DNA of 64,000 nucleotides. Source: Paramecium tetraurelia. Lineage: Eukaryota. The notes beneath the pieces are model-generated. The model did not search any database. It was not told where the DNA came from and saw only the letters and a list, made by a program, of their open reading frames with translations. The DNA lies in NCBI GenBank assembly GCA_000165425.1, contig CT868407.1, positions 137,204-201,203 on the forward strand, in the 5' to 3' direction. Positions 53,145 through 64,000 of this stretch are shown here, in pieces (the stretch's first letter is position 1; every line of letters starts with the position of its first letter). Both the position numbers and the translations under genes were made by a program.

Positions 53145-56100
53145 TCATAATAAAGCTATTGATGATTGGGATACAATTTACTCCTTTTATTGTGTTGTTT
53201 GATTTTACTGAGTAAAATGTTGTTTTCTTTTTTCTTTCTTCTCTTTGAGTGCTTAAATTATATCATTGGTATGAGTCAACAAAGATGCTATATTACTGGA
53301 GGATTGCTCCATCTATTTAATCTACTTTTCTTATTCATCCTCTCCTTTGTCTAATTCTCTTGCTCTTCCAAAAGGAATCCAACTCAAATCTGTATCCTTT
53401 ATTTTTTTATCCACATACGATTCTATACCTGAATAGTCTTATGAATCCTTCCATTATAAATAAGCAATATCTAATAAGAGTTAATAAATAAAATCATACA
53501 ATATAAGTAATTCCACATATAATGATTCTGTCTTATATGATTCTTAAATCCACCAGAGGAACCATCAGAACTTCTTTCAAATATGATACTAAATTAAATA
53601 TTAATGAATAATTACTTCTCTTAACCACATATGAAACACTTATCTTTGATATCACTATTCATCTTGTTTTCATCTTCTCTTAATTATCCAAAGGTATCAA
53701 TAATAATACCTGATGCAATACTCACCATAATAATAACTAATAATAGATTATTAATTTGATCATAAAGGTATCTAAAAATCTCATAAGTAGGAGATGGATT
53801 ATTATTTGTAATATCACCTCCTATTCCTCCAGGGGTTTTGAAATTCTTATCAAATATTTATAAGAAGCAGATACTTACTTCCTTGCAATCCAATCCAAAG
53901 GGTTCTTGCAAAGCATAAAAAGCAATGAGTGTAAAAATATACGTAATTATAATGATTAGCAATAGAGTAAGTACTAATTGTTACCAAGGCATTGTGACTG
54001 CTCTAACAACATTACTCAACGTAGGGTATCTTATTAGTATGACTGTAAGATGGAAACAAAAGAAGAAGGGATGCACTAAAGTACCAATTACAGACAATGC
54101 TCCATATCCTAAATAGTAAACTAATTGGAAATCTTGTAAGCAATAAAAGAGCACAAAAAAGAATTTAGCCAACCAATTTAATAGTAACTTTATCATTCCT
54201 TGTCCCTCTATTAAGGGTTTTCTTTGCAGTGCCTTTTTAATTATAAGTGGTGCTATTCTGGCTAGGACAAACAACACAACAAATAAAGAACAAACCATCA
54301 TTGCATATCCTAGTGCACTAATTAATTCTTTAGTTTATGCTTAAGTCCATTCATCTTTCCTAAAGAAAATATATTCATTCAAAGCCTCATTACTCACATC
54401 CTCTTTTGGTCTGTCTGGGTCCGATTGATGTGAAAAGGAAGCTATGATCATTGTGTTGATTATCAAAGTCAAATAGAAGGCCAAGTCCTTCCACAATTGT
54501 ATGTAATTGGCAAAGAATCCAATGAGTTTATATTGCTTATAGAATCTGTTCATCTCTTCCTCATGTCTCATGATTTAGATTAATTCAGGACTCTTTTCCA
54601 TGAGATCCTGAACCTTAGATTTAGCAGAAGAACGATCAACTGTTTATTGAAAAGACTGCTTCTCATCCTTATTTAATTTACTGAATGGTAATAATGGAAA
54701 GAACACTAATTCTATTTAGTCATCTCTAACTACTTCTATATGAGCTGTTCTAGCTCGGAAGAACATAAATGCTTTCTTCAATCTCTTCTTCTTTTCCTCT
54801 TATTTGCGCTTCTACTATTCTAAGATGAATTCTGGATCATCCTTTCTGGCCTTGTTCAATTCATTAAACATCTGTTGCGTTTTCAATAAGGACATTTCAT
54901 ATACTTCCATACCCAAAGCAAATAATTAACCCAATGTAGAATTTGGATCAAACAATGAATTTTATTAAATTTAACTTTTCAAGTATTATTTGTTATATCC
55001 CATAAAGACTGAATCGATCTCTTCATCACTCTCCATGTAATAACAAATCAAGAACATGATATAGAAACCATTCTAAATGATAATTTCACAATCTTTGAAT
55101 TCCTAACTTTCCTCATCTAAATCCATTGGATCAATCTTCAGTAATTCAAATGCCTGCATATTATAATCGCCTGTGTATTTATTGAACCATTTCTTATATA
55201 TCTTACTCAAATGTCGTTCTAATACATTCATTGGCAATACTCTCATAATTCTTTTTATTATTGAATTCTTTCCTCTAATTTCTCTATTCTCCAACAATGA
55301 CAGAACCAATATCAAAATCTTATTTTGTAATTACGCCTTCATTCCTCTTGATAGTAGATTAGAAGCAGAAGAGGAAGGCAACACACTCATCTTTTTAGTT
55401 GCTGCAACTTTAATAGCTTTTTATTACACTGCCACATTTTTTCTTAAAGGGAACATTTCTTAAACAACATCGAAGAATTTAGAGTCTGCCACTGCTATTT
55501 GATTTTCTGAACAAGGACCTTAAACCAATTCATTTAGTGTATCCAAACAACACATTAAATTACTGAAATTCTATTTAGTTCTATCATAATTTTTAAATAA
55601 ATCCGCCACCAAATTGATTAGATCTTTAGATGCTCTCGAATTATGTTAATATCTAATATAATTCTACATATTTTAATAATGTCCCTCAGTACAATTTTAA
55701 AAGAACTTCAAGATACAATTTACTATTTTCTTTTAAATTTCAGCCTCCTCCTAATCTTCATTCATGTCTCTTCCAGAAGTAGCAGCAATTTCCAGATACT
55801 TAGCAAATGTTGAGAACATCACTTCACTTTTCTATTGAGTCTGACAAAATGTATAAATTGTGTTCTGTACTTAAGTATTTCCATTTCTAAGTAGTACATT
55901 AATAAAAGAAATCAAATAAAATAGCATTTCATTACTCAGTAGTTTTGAATAATCGGTGATAACATTGAGTACCATTCTTGTTGCTCCTAAATTATCAAAT
56001 AATTTCTAATAGTATTCTTTCTTTTCATCTGAATCCTGCTTCTCTATGATCTTTGACATGATCTTTAAGAGTATCACAATCGTCCCTTTATTATCTTATT

Positions 56101-59100
56101 GCAATACAGCAGTCTACAGAAATGTAATAAATTTCTTCAATATTGATTCTAAAGATGGTTTAATTTCACAAGTTTCTTTAATTAACTTTTCTATTCCAAT
56201 GATTGCATCTGCCAATGCCTACTTCTCAATATCTATTTCTTCTTCTAACTTCTATGATCTAAACATCTCCTCAACAAACTTCTTCCATTACTCCTACAAC
56301 TTTATTGGAGTTAACTCCCCTCTTTTGTGCTTACTTGTTTTGTTATTAACTAAAGACAAATTTAAAGAGGCAAATTGACTTAATAAATTCTTTGATTTGG
56401 TCTAAGATTTCTTAGGGATTGATTAGACCATCTATTCTTAAATTGGTTTTGATAAATCATCACCATCTTCTAATTAAAATTAAACATGGTATAAATGTAA
56501 TATTGATTACTCTCCTTCCTATCTAAAGGCAGGTTCATAGTACTCATTTTAATAATATTCTCTCAATTTTGAAATTATTTCTAACTCTTCATACTTTGTT
56601 AATCTTGAATAGAAAGTTGAACAAAGTGCTTAGGCAAACTGGCTAGAAAATTCAATTAATGCAGTTTTCACATCTTCTTATTAAACACTCAATACTCTTT
56701 AATGATAACATAAAATCAGTGGAATAACTTATCCAATAATATAATCTATATAGCAATTTTAATAATCTGTTCCAGCTGCAACAACTTCTAATTTTTTACT
56801 TTCAAATTCAACAAAATGTATAAATTGTCTACTCGATTAGGAGAGTAATCCTTCTTATGCATTATTTTTTTCACTCACAATATGAACCAACCTCAGGAAC
56901 TCACAAACAATAGGTTTTAATGAAGTGTAACCTTTCCTTTTATTAAATAATTCTTCTTGTTATTAATTAGCTTAAGCCTTAATAAATTGAGTTGGCATTC
57001 TTGTTAATCTTTGTTTAATTGATACCATATCATCATCTAATCTTAAGATTTCCAATAGATAACTTGGTTTGATCAGTTTTTTTAATTTAAAAACACTAAT
57101 ATTAAAACTATCTGTAGGCATGAGTGAAGGATTATATTCTCTTACAGTATTATCAATCAAAGAAGTCTACAATAACAAGTCTAGAATTTTGGAATGATAT
57201 AAAAATGGTTCATCTCTATAACAATCTTTCCAATCGATTGCTTCTAATTAGTGTAGTAAATTCTCTTCAGAATCTAGAAATTGATCTTCAAAATAAAATC
57301 GAAGATCCTTTTGCTAACTACCCTCTGCATACAATAATCTTTATTCTGTTTCTTTTAGTTCTCTCATTGGTAGGAATGTATTTAATATTAAAATTTGATT
57401 TTCTAGTAAATATTATCCTCCAATACTAATTAAATTTATAAATCTAAAATTAATATCATATTATTTACATCTCAATGAATTTAACTTATCTTCCTTCTCT
57501 TTCTATTATTTCAGTCAAACGTGAAACCAATGATTTAACACCAGTGTTTAAAAGTCTTGGATTGTCTTTGAAAATTTCAATCAATAGTTTGCATTATCCT
57601 ATATCATACTATATATACTATAAATATATTTCTAAATATTGATAGAGTATTAACTAGTTTCCCTTGTTGTTTGTACAATAGCAAATGAGAAATTTAAATG
57701 CAATTGAAAATAGTTATAATAGCTGTTCTTTTCTTTCTATATTAATGAATTCATCATTCAACACCTAAATGAAATGTGCCATACCATTTTAAATTAGATT
57801 GACAATTATTTCGTGAATATTTAAATAGGTCATAACTGATTACTTTTCAGAATCATAAATCTCTTTATTGACTACTTCTACTACTAGCTCTTAATCATTG
57901 ACTTAGACTCCTTATCTCATACATAAAGTTAATTGTCTGATATTTTAGGTGCATTTATCAAGTTCTTCAACATCATATCCTGCCTTAAATTGAGTTAACC
58001 ATATTTCTGTCTTTTCTACCATTACTCTTAAATCTCTTTAGCGATGTTCAACAAACTCATATATCTTGATGTTATCATCATCAAATAAGATCTGTAACTT
58101 TTTCATATTTTCTCTCAACTCTTCCCTTTAATTGAAAACCCTCATTATAACATTTAGACACCTTTCCTCCAAGACCTAATCCTTAACCAAAAAGTAAGTA
58201 GAAATCAAATAAGGTAGTAAACTTGCCACTTGTTTTTCCTTTAATTGATCTTCACTCAATCTCTCATTATTATTAAACTTTTAAGCTTAACTCAAATAAT
58301 AATCTAATTCTTAGAATTCCTCTTCAGATTTGATACTATATTATTAGAAATAATTAGTAAATGTTTGTGGTTTCTTAACTGCCATCTATAGGAAATCCTA
58401 AGTTGTATCTTCTGGTTCATCAATCTCATCGATTCCAGTTCTAGCAATAGTAGGAATCAATGTTTTATAGTTATTATTAAATATCTTTGGTGCAGCCTTA
58501 ATAGTTTAATCGTCATCTTCATCTGACAAATCGTCATTTGTATATTAATATTTTAAGAAGAACAGTAGAATGTTAGAAATAAGGAAGTTCTGTCTTCGAT
58601 CTAAGAAATGATCAAGAATTGAACACACTTTCAATTTAAATTCAATTTCTTACTATGATTTAGGTAAAGTAATCATCCCTTCCAATTGATTACTCATTGA
58701 CATGAACCCTTTCATTATTGGATTCAAAAACAATTTAGGTTAATCATACAAATTAATTTCCTCCTCTTCCTCCTCCTCTCCAACTTCTTCTTTATCTTCT
58801 TGATTAAGTTATATGAGATCCTTCATTCCATTAAATACATTTCCAAATTAATTAATAACTATACTTTTTTTACCTTTCCTCTCATTCACTGTTTATTGAT
58901 AGCTTTTGACTGCAGCATTCAAATAATCAAGATTTTTTCTATCATAAATGAACATCTCTGACATGTATTTAATTATTTTGTTGTAATACTTACTTGGCAT
59001 AATGTCTAATTATAACATAGTTAAGATTTGGTCGGCTGCATTATAGACCAATTCATCATTTAATAAATCACTAGATGCACGATTGGCTATTGCCTCATAG

Positions 59101-61971
59101 ACTTCGCTTCTCTTAGTTTTTATGTATTTAAACATCTTTTTCAATTTGAATTGCTTCTCAATTTCCTCATCATTCCTGTTTTTCAATTGATCTTAATAAG
59201 GGGAATACAACCTACAATAATTTGGGACGATCAAGTATTGAAACGGTTATTAGTCAACATACAGGGTTCTACTTAACCTACACCAAAATGACCTTAATTT
59301 ATCATCTATTTGATTTCCCTCAACTTAACTGGGATTCCAAATTTAATTTATTAAAATCTCTTTTTCAAACAATGGGCTTAGTTCTGCTTACCATAAATAG
59401 TTTCTTCCATATGAAACTTCAGAAAAGAATTACAATAATTCATATTAAAACGAGATCTCTTTGTCTATTATACATCCATTATTAGTTTCAATATGTAACA
59501 ATTTAGTTTGTTTGCTATATTTCTTATACAATTTGAACAAATTCTCTTAATTGATACTAATGGCATTATTCTTATATCTACATAAGTGTCTAAGAAATCT
59601 CAAATAATGTTCATTATTCTTAGCAGTATCATCAATCATCAGATTGAAAAAATATTGTATTATATTAATAGGTCTGGTAATGATACGATCATGTACTTTT
59701 ACAGGAATTGAAACTTCCTATTATATTCCAACATCTTTTTCATAGAAATTGATTAAGACCTTTACTTTATTTTTTAGATCATCTTCAATTTCTTGTTTTT
59801 TAATGTAATCAAATTCAATTTTTAAGTTGTTGCATAAATTGATTAAAATTTTTTCATTGCACTTAACCATTTCAATTAAAAAATTGATTGTTTATGGGAG
59901 ATATTTGCAATAATGCTAATAATCAGGTAATCGTTCAAATAGATACAATTAATTGCTTGTATTATTAATAACACTAGTTTGAAGTAGCATAAATATCAGA
60001 TTGCAAACTTCAATCTTTGAATTAGATAGTTCTAATTTCTCCTTTTCAGATATGCTTTACAATTATTTTCTTTAGTTTTTCTCAGTCATTGAAGGCTACT
60101 CCATAGCCTTGAGAGCTCCCTTCTTGTTTGCCCATGTCTCTAATTCCTGTTTTGTAACTGTGGCTGTCAGAATCTGCAATAAGACATCAAAGAAATGTTA
60201 ATCCTTTAAGAGTTTCTACCTTTTTGAAGATATGAACCCGTATTTTTGGGAAGGACTAGAGTTATATATTTTTTATCTAAGAAAGTCATCCAAATTTTGA
60301 ATGCACCTTTAAGTGGTGGCTAACTTTTTAGTCTTAATTTTTAAGAGGTCTACATCATCAGATAATTATTAGAAGACTTAATTTTATTCAAACTTAAAAG
60401 GCAAATTGATATAAAATTGATACTTTCTTAATTATTTTGTACATGAATCTAAAAATAGTACTTCTTAAGTCTCTTATTTATTAGCTCTGAATATTTTAAA
60501 AACAGCATGTTCGTTTTTTTGATTTAAAATAATTGGTTTAAAGGTGCTGCCATCCTGATGGTATTTACTTATAACATCAAGGTATTTTCCTTAAGTTACA
60601 CTCTTAATTTAAATAAAATCGGATTAAATCTCATTCTTTTCTACAGATTTTAAGGGCTCAAATTTAAATAATGCATCCTTATTGGGTCGAACTTATAAGG
60701 CAAAAGTGGCAGGTACTTTTTTACTCTTTGGGATGATCACTTTCTTCTTCCCATATGGATCAATTTTAATATCTTCTTATTCTTTAGGAATAACCCTTAC
60801 ACATGCTAAATATAATCCAGTGTGGAAATGCTTTAATCTATAATTATTAGAATATAAGTAAGGGCCTCCTTTTTTATAATCTTCATCCTCAATTATCCAC
60901 AATGAATAGGCATTGCCACTATAATTGTCAAATGATAACTCACTTAAATCTGTTTAAAACACAGATAGTTTAGCTTTGTTGAGGTCTCTTTCATAATCAA
61001 CAGCCAACTATGAGCATGTTTCTGAATGATGGATCCAGACCAAGTCACCATCTATTGGTAATTCTTCAGAAAAAAGATTAATTTTCCAAGATGTTGATTC
61101 TTCTAGTGAAGCATTAATTTCTCTCTTTTAGATTTTCACTTCACTACTATCTTTATATTCTTTGATTGCCTTCTATGGAATCTCACCTGAACAATGTAAA
61201 AATGTTGGTTTTCCAAGAAAAGGTATCATACGCATAATTCTGACTATTTCTTACGAGTAAACTATTTAATCACCTTCCTTTTAATATTTATAAGTGGCCA
61301 CTATTTTGAATAGAGTTTCATCGCTTGTATAATCACTTAATGCAAGCTTAAAGTTTTAATTTTCGAATTTAGCCTCATCTGATAAAGAACAAAGCCATTT
61401 AGATGAAGCCAAATGTAATAGCTATATTGGTTCTTCATATTTAACATAATTGCCTTTCTCTTTCTCAAAACCATCCACATTGAATTTAAATTCATTGAAT
61501 AAATTCATTTGATTATCTCTCACCTACTTTTCACTCAATAATGATTGTACCGAATGAGTGGCTGATTTAATCTACATAACAGATATAGCATTATAATACT
61601 TATGACTTCACAGGTGTAACTTCACTTTTTTAATCAGTTACATCATCGCTAATTGATCCGAAAGGTTTCTTTTTTCTTTACGGAAAAAGTTTAGCAACTT
61701 CAACTTTCTTGCCATTTGATGTCCTTGGACAAATTACAAATAAGCAATTTGGCATGCTATTATAACAACCTTGTTTACTTCATTTGACTAAAATAGCTTA
61801 TGTTGAAATCCTTGGTGTCCAATTTATTCTAAGGTGACATCCCTTTAAGAATTACAGCGCTACATTATTCATTTCATAATACTTTTTTATAAATCCATCT
61901 CCACCTATTAATGCATCATCATCCTATAAATGAGAAATACTCACAATCGAACCTATTTTGATTATTTCCAT
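53145..61971 (-). CDS. Inositol 1,4,5-trisphosphate receptor-type Ca2+-release channel (CRC family), ~2,900 aa
   Basis: N-terminal beta-trefoil/MIR motifs (LLHLASSKWL, RLKHFHTGLYL), RIH-associated FQNCTEGHY…QNYIR and LNELVQGPC, TM region, pore FKTPGGIGGD, GIIIDTFGQLR, KCFICG…H…HYMWNY. Confidence 0.95.
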
Positions 61972-62409
61972 TTATTTTTATAATATTATAGTAAGAAATT
62001 AAGAGTATAATAATATTAAAATATTCATAAATAGAGTCATTTATATAATAAACTAAAGAGATACATATGATTTTATGACAATTATTATTTATTGTTGATT
62101 TTATTAATTTCTCAATTTATTTTGATAAAATGCTATTCAATTAATTTTTCTATTTAACATCAACATCGAACTTTTATTTACAGTCTAAAATTGATTACTT
62201 ATATTGTTAGAATATAAAAATAATTTTAGAGCCAAACCCAAAATTTAAGAATAACAATGAAAAGCACAGCCACTTTTTCATTACATTTTGTGAAAAAATT
62301 TAATTAGAAATTTTTTTCTAATTTTGTTTTGGAAATAATTGGCTAGCAATAAAATGAGGATAGACATTTAAGATGCTATAGGATATAATTACATGATATA
62401 TTATATAAA

Positions 62410-62789
62410 TCAGGCTGTGACGAAGTCTCCTCTAACTGTTTCAGCAACAGCGACGGTTTATTCGACCAAATCAACAGCAACGCCAGCTGAGGTCAATGCA
62501 CTTCTCAAGTCAATTACTGTTGTGAACTGGGCGTTTGTTACTTCCATGTTGGCATGAACTTCCTTCAAGTTCTAATAAATATTAACATAAAATTTAGTAC
62601 TCTGCCTCCCAAAGCCTTTGGTTCTCCAAGAGCAGCGCATAAAATGAAGCTTACTTATTTTTTTAATCAGCCATATTGATTCCATTGAAGAAATTGGAAA
62701 CTGTAGCGTCAGCTTGGATATTAGCATAGAATTATGGTGTCACAGCTGTGACAGCGGCTTCACCTCCCAATTTATTCAAAGAGTGTCTT
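62410..62789 (-). pseudogene. Truncated (2/2, group I) hemoglobin pseudogene
   Basis: Near-identical in pattern to Paramecium Hb (TLFEQLGGEAAV…FYANIQAD…[11 protein letters not shown]…AETVRGD). Lesions: ATG changed to AAG, a +1 and a -1 frameshift, a 3-nt deletion and W to L. The intron sits between Arg and Asn. Confidence 0.9.
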
Positions 62790-63415
62790 TTTAGAGTTTC
62801 TGGACTTTTTATTAATGAATTATTAGGATATTTGAGTTAGTTTTGAACCCAATAAATTAAAGATAGTTTGAAATGGAATAAATTATTGTCTCTTGAAATT
62901 ATCATTTAAAAAAACCGCACTGACACTATGACAATTAACTCATCCCTTTAACTATTTCAATCCATCATTTTCTGAAGTCTATTAATAAAATTTCAAAGAA
63001 TTAATAGTTAAACATTTCATTGTAATCAGATGTCATAAAAAAATATTTAAAATAATCAATTCTTTAATTGATATGCAAAAAGAGTACTATTTTAAATTAT
63101 AATTATTAATATTGATTCTTATTTATTATTATGTTGAAAATTAATATGATGATAATGTGAAGAATATTATTTATAGTTAATTTGATTTAATTTAATATTT
63201 CAATAAATGATTGCAATTTATATTTAATCAATAAGTATCATTATTCTATGATTAAATTTTAGTTAATTTTCTTTTAAAAATATCCTCACTTAATTAAAAG
63301 TATGAAAAATTTTGAGAGTAGTTAATAATAATTATGATAAATATTTTTTGATAAATGAGATAGTTTGAATGTGTAAAATTATTTAATCAATTATTTATAT
63401 AATTTCAAAATAGAA

Positions 63416-64000
63416 ATGGGTAATTGTCAGGCATGTATGAATGATCCACAAAATTTAAATGAATATGGTACTCATTAAAATGCTAAACAAACATCTTTGC
63501 ACTCAATAGTTAGAAGATCGTAGCCTTTTTCAAAAGCCTCATTGGCAGAGATTGTGAATACTTCTTAACACTAATTGAGAACAAGTCAAAAACCATCAAT
63601 TAATATTTAAAAAGAGGCCTCACTATCAATGGTTGGAAATGGTGTGGACATTTAAAAATAAAAAACTAACTCTGAACAATTAATTTCAGTGCATTGTCCT
63701 ATAGCCAAATTAGCATAACCTTGGGGTAGACCAGCAGGCGAATTATAAAGTTTGATTGGTCCCAAAGTTAAAATGGTCCTTAGTAAATTAAAGGAGTACT
63801 AGTATACAAGAGGTGATGATCCAGAGGCAGTATACCTGGAACCATAAATATTTGAACAAGGGATGGTTTATGATGGTTAATGGAAATATGGATTAAGACA
63901 GGGTCGAGGTATGGAATTAATTAAATATATCAGGAAGACAAGTTTGGAAGGAAGGTAGTTATTATGAAGGATATTGGAAAAATAGTTGTGCACATGGTCA
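63416..64000 (+). CDS. MORN-repeat protein with N-terminal acylation motif (truncated at right edge)
   Basis: MGNCQAC…; YDGQWKYGLRQGRG, intron, YYEGYW. Confidence 0.85.

Overview
This is AT-rich, very gene-dense macronuclear-type DNA from a ciliate, almost certainly Paramecium; the species cannot be fixed from sequence alone. TAA/TAG read as Gln and only TGA stops. Introns are about 20-36 nt (GT...AG) and intergenic gaps are often under 30 nt. The supplied ORF track treats TAA/TAG as stops, so it fragments or misses most genes; I re-translated by hand with code 6. About 35 genes are recognisable. They include NAP1 (with a 1-nt frameshift), a bacterial-type MBL-rhodanese fusion, a pepsin-like protease, prefoldin 2, complex I NUXM, TRAPPC3, TRAPPC8, PDCD2/TSR4, pescadillo, a Sen1-like helicase, calpain, topoisomerase III, an SNF1-type kinase, an IP3R-type Ca2+-release channel (~8.8 kb) and three MORN proteins. 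The most notable items are a ~1084-aa domesticated piggyBac transposase (PiggyMac-like, incomplete DDD triad) and decayed calcineurin A and truncated-hemoglobin pseudogenes. Several small ORFs are missed by the track: a small-Tim-like protein, a tandem pair with PP1-docking motifs and an 8-Cys secreted peptide. No rRNA, tRNA, CRISPR array or telomere repeat was seen. Coordinates are hand-derived and some starts are uncertain.
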